Positions 1-7,866 are shown, counted from the first letter of the stretch. The stretch is 17,900 bases of DNA from Candidatus Jordarchaeales archaeon (GCA_038858525.1 JAWCFL010000020.1:15803-33702); one strand, 5' to 3'. Notes: generated from the letters alone by a model not told the origin. Numbers and translations: made by a program.

Positions 1-208
1 ATTTTTCGAGGAAAATTTCAGGATCATTGATGTTTAAACTTTTCTGATAACTTCATGCCGGACCAACATATGCTTTTCAAAAATGGTCCTCAAACTACGC
101 TCATTCCTGAATGCTTTTTCCTCTTCTAAATGCTCCAGAAAAATGTTGGGTTTTTATTTTGCTGTTAAACCATAATATTGAGTTTCCCGTTTTAAAAAAG
201 ACAGTGAA

Positions 209-1699
209 TTGGGGGCTTCTTGCTTGAAGAGCAGAAAGATGTTTTTGCTTTTCCTGTTATCTCTTTCCTTGCTTTTGTCCGCCTGCATGGTTTGCGAGCA
301 ATCCGTTAATCTTCAAGTAGCCTTCACTCTAGGTACCTCAAAGGATTTTAACACTAAGAGCAACGTGCTAGTCTGTAGAGGGGATAAGCTCAACTTGACA
401 GTGTTAGTCCTAGACTTAAGTAATCAACCAGCCGAAGGAGTACTCGTCCTTTTCAGGGACGAGGGTCATAACAGGTCGATCGTGATAGTAGAATCTAACG
501 CGTCAGGCTATGCTAGTTTCTCATGGTGGGTACCTAGAGACTACGAGCTTGGCCCAACAATAATCACCGCAACGCCTGTCGTCTGGAACGGTAGTTTTGT
601 GCCGGACACAAACCACGTAGCTGTTCCTTCATCCCTAAACGTAACGATACTTTCCAGAACTAACCTTGAAGCCGTTTCATACCCAGCAACGCTCACTCCA
701 GGTGCACAGTACTTCGTAACTCTCCGCCTAACCGACAATCTTCAAAACCCAATGCCCAGTAAACCTGTATCGCTTTACCTTGACGACAGACTTGTCTCAA
801 TTGGCCCAACCAACGAGTCAGGCATGATAACGTTGCCCTTCATAGTGCCTAAATCAACAACTCCGGGAACCCACAATCTGACAGCCAATTATTCGGGAGA
901 CGATACGCACACCCCCGCAACGCTAACGCTTCAAGTTGAGGTCATTGGCCAAGATGATCCGGTCATAGTAAATGTCTCTCTTAATGAGTCCATAGTGAAA
1001 CCTTACTCTCCGGTTAAAGTTGAGGTTCAAACGAACGGAACGGTTAACCTAGTTACTATTAACAGTACATCCATGTCTAAGGTGAGCGATAACCTGTGGG
1101 AAACCGTGCTAGTTGCTCCGCAGGCACAAGGAAACTACACGCTTCAGATACGCGCTATAGGCAACAGCAAGGAGTGCATTATAAACACTTACATCTATGT
1201 TGACGCCACCCCGCCTAGAATAACGGCGTACATAAGTAATCCCACACCCAGACCAGGTGAACCAGTGGAAATCATTGTAGAAGCCACAGATGAAACAGAA
1301 GTCGTGGCAGTTAGGGTAAACGAGCTCAGCCTTTACAAGCAGGGTAACGTTTGGAGAGGAGTGTTCACCGCCCCACTAGTGGAGGGAGTCCACATCTTTA
1401 ACGTATCCGTCTGGGATAAGGCTGGAAACGTTGCATCAACTGTCCTCGCTTGCAACGTTACACTTACACCTGAATACACGGAAGCCGCACCCGGCAATCA
1501 GGGTGCATCTCTATTTGCCTCGTCGCTTCTCTTTTACTTTCTAGAGGCAACAAGCGGGTCAACGTTCGACCAATTCCTCTTTACAGGTACACTCGCGTCG
1601 TGTGTAACCTTACTAGTAATAGTCTTCAGGCGACCCCGAAGCTTCGAACTGATAGATGACCTTGCGTCGCTTGACGACTCTCTCGGAGGCAGACCATAG
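209..1699 (+). CDS. Secreted/surface protein with several Ig-like beta-sandwich domains, an N-terminal signal peptide (lipobox-like LLSAC) and a C-terminal membrane anchor
   Basis: KSRK followed by a hydrophobic stretch ending LLLSAC (start could be TTG 209, TTG 224 or ATG 239). The body is V/T/N/S-rich with Ig-like motifs (G.T...G.A, H.LTA.YSGD, DATPP.I, WDKAGN). It ends in the hydrophobic segment FLFTGTLASCVTLLVIVF followed by RRPR. Confidence 0.75.
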   Translation: MGASCLKSRKMFLLFLLSLSLLLSACMVCEQSVNLQVAFTLGTSKDFNTKSNVLVCRGDKLNLTVLVLDLSNQPAEGVLVLFRDEGHNRSIVIVESNASGYASFSWWVPRDYELGPTIITATPVVWNGSFVPDTNHVAVPSSLNVTILSRTNLEAVSYPATLTPGAQYFVTLRLTDNLQNPMPSKPVSLYLDDRLVSIGPTNESGMITLPFIVPKSTTPGTHNLTANYSGDDTHTPATLTLQVEVIGQDDPVIVNVSLNESIVKPYSPVKVEVQTNGTVNLVTINSTSMSKVSDNLWETVLVAPQAQGNYTLQIRAIGNSKECIINTYIYVDATPPRITAYISNPTPRPGEPVEIIVEATDETEVVAVRVNELSLYKQGNVWRGVFTAPLVEGVHIFNVSVWDKAGNVASTVLACNVTLTPEYTEAAPGNQGASLFASSLLFYFLEATSGSTFDQFLFTGTLASCVTLLVIVFRRPRSFELIDDLASLDDSLGGRP

Positions 1700-1825
1700 T
1701 TTACATTCTAAACCAAACCGCTACGCTCATTCACCCACTAATTTTCTTTTTATCGAAAAACCATTCTATTTTTTGAAGGAAATAGAAGGCAACAAACGTA
1801 ACACGTTAAAGGCAAAAGAAGGCAA

Positions 1826-2167
1826 TCAAAACTCGACGCGCTCCCCCCTCTTCACGCTCTCATAAACCTCCTCCCAGTAGTCCGCAAACCTCCTCAAACT
1901 AACCGAAAACTCCTTGCTGAGAGCAAAACGCCCCTCCCTCTTCTCAACTAATCCCAGCTCCCTTAACGCCTTCATAACCTTAGTATAGAGACCAGGACTT
2001 GACACCAAAAAACGCCTCCACTCACTGTCAGGTATCTCCCCACTCGCCGCGATCTCCCTCAAAATCTTCCTTGCTTGTTGAACCTGCTCCTCCGTCCTAA
2101 AGCAGTACTGAAGGAAGTGTCGGGGGTCAAGCAGCCTAGGCCTCTTAACCACGCGCAGCCAAACCAT
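1826..2167 (-). CDS. Small winged helix-turn-helix protein (about 113 aa), putative DNA-binding
   Basis: LYTKVMKALRELGLVEKREGRFALS matches a wHTH recognition helix plus wing. I moved the start from 2245 to ATG 2167 because a TATA-like element (minus-strand GATATATA, about 2210-2203) lies inside the low-quality 26-aa N-terminal extension. Confidence 0.65.
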   Translation of the reverse strand: MVWLRVVKRPRLLDPRHFLQYCFRTEEQVQQARKILREIAASGEIPDSEWRRFLVSSPGLYTKVMKALRELGLVEKREGRFALSKEFSVSLRRFADYWEEVYESVKRGERVEF

Positions 2168-2956
2168 ACTCAAACACCGAGTACCATGACACAAATCCAA
2201 AGTATATATCTCTAACCGCCAAAAAACACGGCAAAGAACCCCCATTACTCACGGGAAAAAGCGACTATACGCGAAATGCGAGTACTACAAAGCCACCAAA
2301 GAAAAACGCCTCGACACTTCGTACTCGAAAACCGAGTATTTACCGTAACATCAAAAAAACACCCACGTACCTCCCAGATAATACTGAGGTAACATCCTTC
2401 CGGAGTCTCTTCTATCTCCCCTAAAGATAGGTTCCAGTCAAGAGAAGGGCCTGAGAAAAAAGGGAGGAGAGGCGTTGGGGGGGACAACTTTCTAGGAAAA
2501 CAACCTTCTATAATTCACTAACCTTTCTTTTCCACTTGCCTTTTAGTTCCTAGCGTTTTTAGAGTAAAAAGGTGGTGCGTTATTACCGACTTACTGCAAT
2601 GACTCTACTCGGCTACTTTTGCCGTCATCACAGTCTCCTCTCGAAGATGAAGCAGTTGTCTTGTGAGGAATTGTTGAAGGCAATCTACTTTCCTTTTCAG
2701 TATTACCTTTTTTGCCTCGAAAAAATTGCATTAAATAAAAAGATTTTCGAAAAATGAAAAATAAGGGAGATCAGCCAACTAATTATAAATGACCATTTAT
2801 TCAAAAATAGATCTAAGAGAAACAGGCTTACAAAAACAACCGGGATAACGCCTCCAAAAACCACCTCAAAATAATCCAGCAACTACTGTAATACGCCAAC
2901 TTCAGCATGAAAAACAGTGATTGACCCACACAGCCGGGTACGAGAAAAGTGCCTCC

Positions 2957-3391
2957 TCAAACATATATCCAGTCTGTTCTGCTAGGCGTCTTTGCCTCAC
3001 CTATGCTTGGAATTATCCTTTCCCAGAAGTACTTCACAGCAAGAGGTATGACGCTGAACTCCTCCCAGAAAACGTCAAACGTGAGGGCTGGAATAAATAT
3101 GTCCTCACTAATTCCTATGTTTCCCTCCTCATCCATGTCGTAGGCGAACTCGTAATAGTCATGGTTCGCCTGGAGAAGCTTCCTATAAAGCTCCTCCTTG
3201 TATCTTTGGGGCACCTCGTCACTCTTCATTATTCCCGTCCTTATAACGAGCCAAGTGTTAGACCAGCTTATCACGATCACATGCTTGTGCCCGGAAATCT
3301 CGTACGGAACCAAGAAGGCGTTGTGCTCATCAGACCACTCGAACTTTAAATTCATAAGCTTCAAGTAGAACTCTATGCGCTCCCTGACCAT
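2957..3391 (-). CDS. YbjN / type III secretion chaperone (CesT)-like domain protein
   Basis: About 144 aa with the helix-beta3-helix-beta2-helix pattern typical of YbjN-like proteins (LYRKLLQAN..YYEFAYDMDEEGNI). Purine-rich RBS (GAGGAGAAAG) before ATG 3391; ATG 3412 is an alternative start. Confidence 0.6.
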   Translation of the reverse strand: MVRERIEFYLKLMNLKFEWSDEHNAFLVPYEISGHKHVIVISWSNTWLVIRTGIMKSDEVPQRYKEELYRKLLQANHDYYEFAYDMDEEGNIGISEDIFIPALTFDVFWEEFSVIPLAVKYFWERIIPSIGEAKTPSRTDWIYV

Positions 3392-3500
3392 CCAATTACT
3401 TTCTCCTCTCATCTCGATACACCATCTCACGCTTTAATAATGAACTTTGAGTGTAGTTCCACTTATATTTTTGACTCCTCAACTCGTTTGTATCTTGTCG

Positions 3501-4025
3501 TCAGTAGTCCACTCCCCTTCTAGCATCTATACCGGCCTTTAATGGGTGTTTCACTTCACGCATCTCAGTCACCAGGTCCGCTCTCTCAACGAGTTCTTTC
3601 GGTGCCCGTCTTCCCGTTAAAACTACGAGTAAGCAATCTTTGGCTTCCTCTAACAGCATGAGTACGTCGTCGAGTCTCAGTAAACCTACCGCTACAGCCA
3701 AGTTGATCTCGTCCAGTATTAGCACGTCAGGCTTTTTTCTCTTGAGAAGTTTCCGGGTAAAGCTTAACCCCTCTCTCGCCAACTCGTAATCTATGGGGTG
3801 GGGTTTCTCAAGGTCCACAAACTCCCTTCGTCCGAATTGGTATACCTTGCACATCGGCTTAAATCGTTTCATGGCGAGGTATTCCCCGACATCCTTCCTC
3901 CCCTTCATGAACTGAACGATAAACACGCTGAAACCATGACCTAGCGCCCTAACCGCTGCACCTATAGCTGTTAGCGTCTTCCCTTCTCCATCTCCAGTGT
4001 AAAGGTGAATGTAGCACTTTCCCAA
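3501..4025 (-). CDS. cobO: ATP:cob(I)alamin (corrinoid) adenosyltransferase, CobA/CobO/BtuR family
   Basis: Motifs IHLYTGDGEGKT (short P-loop), RALGHG, VFIVQFMKG, LILDEIN, VVLTGR, ADLVTEM..VKHP and G+DY. Probable start is TTG 4025 after GAGGTG; the ORF track start at 4064 overlaps nrdJ. Confidence 0.92.
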   Translation of the reverse strand: MGKCYIHLYTGDGEGKTLTAIGAAVRALGHGFSVFIVQFMKGRKDVGEYLAMKRFKPMCKVYQFGRREFVDLEKPHPIDYELAREGLSFTRKLLKRKKPDVLILDEINLAVAVGLLRLDDVLMLLEEAKDCLLVVLTGRRAPKELVERADLVTEMREVKHPLKAGIDARRGVDY

Positions 4026-4036
4026 GTGGCGGCACC

Positions 4037-6127
4037 TCAGAAGGGGCATACTGTAGCTGGGCAACCACCCGAGTACTCCGAGTCCGCCACCACGTATTTC
4101 TCCTCCCCTTCTCCTGGAGTTACGCCGAGGTAAAGTACCTGCTCCCTCTTGCTGCCGTAACGGTAAATTGTTATGCCCTTACACTTAAGTTTGTAGGCGA
4201 GCATAAAGACCTTCCTCACGTCTTCAAGTGTCGCGTCGTGGGGTAAGTTAACGGTCTTCGACACGGCGTTATCCACGTACTCCTGAAACGCCGCTTGCAT
4301 TTTCACATGCCACTCTGGCTCTATATCAAGCGCCGTGACGAAAACCCTTTTAACGTCATCCGGCACACCTTCAACGTTCTGAAGCGTCCCAGCCTTAGCT
4401 ATCTTCAGCATAAGCTCCCTACTGTAAAACCCTCTCTCCCTAGCCATCCTCTCGAACAAGGTGTTTACCTCCACGAGCCTTGTCCCTATCACGTTTCTGA
4501 CGAAGGCAACGGCAAATAACGGCTCTATTCCGCTCGACGTCCCAGCTATTATGCTCAACGTTCCCGTCGGGGCAATGGATGTAACAGTCGCGTTCCTCAT
4601 AGCTCCATAACTACTCGCCCATACGCTTCTCTCAAAGTTCGGGAAGGACCCTCTTTCCTCCCCAAGCTCCACAGACTTGGCTCTCGCCTCCTCCGAGATG
4701 AACCTCATAACCTTACCAGCGACCTCAAGGGCTTCCTTTGAATTGTATGGAATATCTAGCTGTATGAGCATCTCCGCGAAGCCCATTACGCCCAACCCGA
4801 TCTTCCTGTTAGCCTTCGTCATCTCCTCCACTTGAGGGAGAGGGTAATTGTTAACATCTATCACGTTATCTAAAAAGTGGACTCCCAGCCTGACCACTTC
4901 ACCCAAGTGCTCCCAGTCAATGTCGCCCTTAGAAACCATCCTGGAAAGGTTGACGGAGCCGAGGTTACACGACTCGTATGGCAGCAGGGGGACTTCGCCA
5001 CACGGGTTCGTCGCCTCTATTACCCCGAGGCTGGGCGTCGGGTTCCTCCTGTTTATCTCGTCTAGGAATACGAGCCCCGGGTCGCCGGTTCTCCAAGCGT
5101 TCGCCACCATCAAGTCGAACACGTCCCTCGCCCTGACAGTCCTGACAACCTCGCCGTTCCTCGGATTCACCAAGTCGTACTCCTCATCCCTCTCAACTTT
5201 CCTCATGAAGTCGTCGGTTACGCCAACGGAAATGTTAAAGTTCGAGAGTATGCCCTCCTCGCCTTTAGCTGTCACGAACTCCATTATGTCAGGGTGGTCA
5301 ACCCGCAGGATACCCATGTTCGCCCCCCTCCTCCTTCCCCCCTGCTTTATAACCTCGGTCGCAACATCGAATATCTTCATAAAGGAGACTGGGCCACTTG
5401 CGACGCCGCCAGTAGACCTAACTACGTCCCCCTTAGGCCTCAGCCGTGAAAAGGAGAACCCAGTGCCCCCGCCAGACTTATGTATCAGCGCCATGTACTT
5501 CAACGCGTTAAAGATCCCCTCAATGGAGTCCTCAACTGGAAGGACGAAGCAAGCCGAGAGCTGCCCAATATCAGTTCCAGCGTTCATCAGCGTAGGCGAA
5601 TTAGGCAGGAACTCGAGGCTAGTCATCGCCCTGTAGAAGCGCCTAGCTGTTTCCTCCACGTCACCTCCATACCTCTTGTCCGCCAGCGCTATGCTCCTAG
5701 CCACCCTCCCGAACATCTCAGACGGCGTCTCCACGACCCTCCCCTTCTCATCCTTCAAAAGGTACCTCTTTTCGAGCACTCTCACAGCGTTAAGGGAAAG
5801 CTTCAAGTCGTCCCAGACGCCAAGAAACTTCTTTGCCTCCCTCAGCTCCGTCCGCTGATTCCTGTAGAGTATGTACGCCTTAGCAACATCCGAAAAACCA
5901 TTCCTTATGAGGACGTCTTCAACCAAATCCTGAATATCCTCAACTCCAGGAACGCTATCGACAAACCTACTCTCAAGCCTCTCAACAACCTGCCTAGCCA
6001 GGCTCCAAGCCACTTCTCCATCTTCTCTCCCGACAGCCACGAAGGCCTTCCTGATGGCTTCAGCGATCTTCGAAGCGTCAAAATCCACTATCCTACCATC
6101 ACGCTTCCTAACCTTAGAAACAGGCAA
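4037..6127 (-). CDS. nrdJ: Class II adenosylcobalamin-dependent ribonucleotide reductase with N-terminal ATP-cone
   Basis: ATP-cone VRKRDGRIVDFDASKI; FLPNSPTLMNAG; QLSACFV; GGGTG; RRGANMG; TNPCGE (thiyl Cys); ESCNLGS; NRKIGLGVMG; IAPTGT; DNAVSKTVN; C-terminal CPATVC pair. Probable start is TTG 6127 after GGAGGAAGG; the ORF is open to GTG 6151. Confidence 0.96.
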   Translation of the reverse strand: MPVSKVRKRDGRIVDFDASKIAEAIRKAFVAVGREDGEVAWSLARQVVERLESRFVDSVPGVEDIQDLVEDVLIRNGFSDVAKAYILYRNQRTELREAKKFLGVWDDLKLSLNAVRVLEKRYLLKDEKGRVVETPSEMFGRVARSIALADKRYGGDVEETARRFYRAMTSLEFLPNSPTLMNAGTDIGQLSACFVLPVEDSIEGIFNALKYMALIHKSGGGTGFSFSRLRPKGDVVRSTGGVASGPVSFMKIFDVATEVIKQGGRRRGANMGILRVDHPDIMEFVTAKGEEGILSNFNISVGVTDDFMRKVERDEEYDLVNPRNGEVVRTVRARDVFDLMVANAWRTGDPGLVFLDEINRRNPTPSLGVIEATNPCGEVPLLPYESCNLGSVNLSRMVSKGDIDWEHLGEVVRLGVHFLDNVIDVNNYPLPQVEEMTKANRKIGLGVMGFAEMLIQLDIPYNSKEALEVAGKVMRFISEEARAKSVELGEERGSFPNFERSVWASSYGAMRNATVTSIAPTGTLSIIAGTSSGIEPLFAVAFVRNVIGTRLVEVNTLFERMARERGFYSRELMLKIAKAGTLQNVEGVPDDVKRVFVTALDIEPEWHVKMQAAFQEYVDNAVSKTVNLPHDATLEDVRKVFMLAYKLKCKGITIYRYGSKREQVLYLGVTPGEGEEKYVVADSEYSGGCPATVCPF

Positions 6128-6175
6128 CCGCCTTCCTCCACCCAAAAACACATTACCTTAAGAAAACAATAACCT

Positions 6176-6195
6176 GGAAACATATTTAAAGAAAA
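6176..6195. promoter_or_regulatory. Putative (possibly bidirectional) BRE/TATA element between divergent nrdJ and the cupin gene
   Basis: GGAAACATATTTAAAGAAAA is the main TATA-like AT box in the short intergenic region and reads TTTAAA on both strands. Confidence 0.45.
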
Positions 6196-6228
6196 CCCGG
6201 GATTCTCAAAGCGCGGGAGGAAGCCAGA

Positions 6229-6564
6229 TTGGTGGTTGTAAAAGCTGATAGTGTTAATGCTGAAGAGCTCAGAGACATAGGAGTAAAGGCGAAAATACAG
6301 TGGCTTATAAGCAGGGAGACTGGAGCACCAAACTTCTCAATGCGCAGGTTTATTGTGGAGAGGGGAGGCGAAATCAAGGAGCACAGTCACGACTGGGAGC
6401 ACGAAATATACATCCTGCAAGGAGAGGCGACAGTCAAAGTGGGCAAAGACACATTCACAGCGTCAAAGGACACCGCAATATACATTCCCCCAAACGTTCC
6501 TCACTCGTATAAAAACACGGGCGATGACACTCTAATCTTTATATGTGTGGTGCCGAACAAGTAA
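6229..6564 (+). CDS. Cupin_2-type single-domain cupin (metal-binding)
   Basis: Motif 1 HSHDWEHEIYILQG and motif 2 GKD...AIYIPPNVPHSYKN; GAPNFSMRRF N-terminal strand; GGGAGG RBS upstream. Confidence 0.9.
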   Translation: MVVVKADSVNAEELRDIGVKAKIQWLISRETGAPNFSMRRFIVERGGEIKEHSHDWEHEIYILQGEATVKVGKDTFTASKDTAIYIPPNVPHSYKNTGDDTLIFICVVPNK

Positions 6565-6778
6565 CCCACAAAAAACAGAAACAGAAGGTCGGAGGCTGCT
6601 TCCGGTCATCGCAAAGCTCCCATGACTCTCCAACCTCCTCATCCCAATAAATCTTAACACTCAATACTTAAAAAACATTCTTTAAAAAGCAACTACCTCC
6701 GAGAAACCCCTAAGTACAAACTAATGAATCACGGCTAAACTGTTATATACGCGCCGCCTCTACACGTGTTCACCGCAC

Positions 6779-7633
6779 TCATCGCTTTTTCAGTAATTTC
6801 TCAACCTCTTCCACTATTCGAGGGACCACTTCCCCTATTCTCCCTTCTATAATGTAGTCTGATATTATCCCTGTAAGCGGTGTTGGCTCCCCATTCACCT
6901 CTATAACCTTTGCCCCATACTCGTTCAGCACTTGGGGGCGGTATCCCATAACACTCCACCTGTATCCTGTTTTCTCCTTAGCTATCCGCGGCAGGTCCGC
7001 TGCAGGGTAAACCACAGCCGAGGTTCCTATAACCAGCATGAGGTCACAGAGCAAAGCTTCCTCCTCCGCTTTGAACAGTGCGTCTCTGGGTATGGGCTCA
7101 CCGAACAAGACCGCATTAGGTTTAAGGACCCCTCCGCACGAGTCACATCGCGGGGGCAGCTCACCCTCCATGGCCTTCATGGCAGCCCTCTCTATTGAAA
7201 CTATGCTTCTACAACTTAAGCAGATAGCTTCTCTAACGTTACCGTGAAACTCCACCACGTTTCTGCTACCAGCCTTCTGGTGAAGCCCATCAATGTTCTG
7301 CGTTATTATGCAGTCAAGCTTACCCAGCTCCTCTAGCCTCGCCAACGCATAATGAGCAGGGTTAGGCTCGGCAGTAAAAAGGGAGAACCCATCCATTGCT
7401 ATGCTTATCTGAACACTCCAGAACCTCGCCGGGTCACTTATGAAGCGAGAAAAAGTGAAATCCTCAGGGTCATACTTCTTCCATAACCCATCAGGCCCCC
7501 TGAAATCGGGTATCCCGCTCTCCGTCGAAATCCCAGCACCAGTCAGGGCAACAACCTTATTCGCCTTAACGATGTCCCTAGCAGCTTGCCTAATCAACTC
7601 CTCCCTCTCTTCATCCAACAAGAAAATCACCAA
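6779..7633 (-). CDS. cobB: NAD-dependent protein deacylase, Sir2/CobB family
   Basis: GAGISTESGIPDFRG, TQNIDGLHQKAGS, catalytic HG, Zn-binding CLSC...CDSC, KPNAVLFGE, GTSAVVYPAA, EVN. Exact start uncertain (TTG 7633 or GTG 7630). Confidence 0.95.
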   Translation of the reverse strand: MVIFLLDEEREELIRQAARDIVKANKVVALTGAGISTESGIPDFRGPDGLWKKYDPEDFTFSRFISDPARFWSVQISIAMDGFSLFTAEPNPAHYALARLEELGKLDCIITQNIDGLHQKAGSRNVVEFHGNVREAICLSCRSIVSIERAAMKAMEGELPPRCDSCGGVLKPNAVLFGEPIPRDALFKAEEEALLCDLMLVIGTSAVVYPAADLPRIAKEKTGYRWSVMGYRPQVLNEYGAKVIEVNGEPTPLTGIISDYIIEGRIGEVVPRIVEEVEKLLKKR

Positions 7634-7763
7634 AAAATTGAATGAGAAAACAGCTAAAATATTTACCCCCTAACGGGGCAGCAAATCGCAACAGCAAAAC
7701 CAATGCTGCCTCAAAAGAGTTAGGAGACAGAATTCCCAATTAACCTTTTTTGAAGAATTAAGG

Positions 7764-7849
7764 AAAAAGGGGTGTGGCGGCGCTTCACCACCAGATCACC
7801 ACCCCCAAACAAGTTCTTAACGGGGGCAGGTCATTTCATACCCCTTTTT
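7764..7849 (-). promoter_or_regulatory. Candidate eukaryote-type SECIS element in the 3' UTR of the HesB-like selenoprotein gene
   Basis: Minus strand: AUGA (7834-7831), 12 nt, AA (7818-7817), 19 nt, GA (7797-7796). Helix II is CUGCCCCC/GGGGGUGG. The outer helix AAAAAGGGGU (7849-7840) pairs with ACCCCUUUUU (7773-7764). The element starts 17 nt after the stop codon. Confidence 0.72.
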
Positions 7850-7866
7850 CAGCGTCACTTCATCTT

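Noticed and set aside
2245-2487. 80-aa minus-strand ORF whose stop overlaps ATG 2245 (TAATG)
   Set aside because: No recognisable motif or RBS, and the wHTH gene more likely starts at 2167 with its own TATA box, so the apparent coupling is probably coincidental. Not fully excluded.
2572-2757. 61-aa plus-strand ORF
   Set aside because: No motifs, and it runs into poly-A/T low-complexity DNA.
2921-3349. Plus-strand ORFs 2921-3349 and 2949-3143
   Set aside because: Antisense to the better-supported YbjN-like gene and carry no motifs.
4037-6151. Intein in nrdJ, and a cobalamin riboswitch or NrdR box upstream
   Set aside because: The RNR motifs are contiguous at normal length with no intein signatures. 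The upstream spacer is under 100 nt and shows no B12-box or NrdR-like palindrome.
4295-6172. Plus-strand ORFs 4295-4519, 4848-5636, 4877-5065, 5480-6172 and 5676-5858
   Set aside because: Antisense shadows of nrdJ with S/P/L/H-rich, non-protein-like composition.
6591-6638. Stem-loop (GGAGGCUG/CAACCUCC, GUCAU/AUGAC) between the convergent cupin and Sir2 genes, considered as a second SECIS
   Set aside because: AUGA falls on the 3' side rather than the 5' side, the AA spacing is wrong, and neither flanking gene has an internal UGA. At most it is a terminator or stability hairpin.
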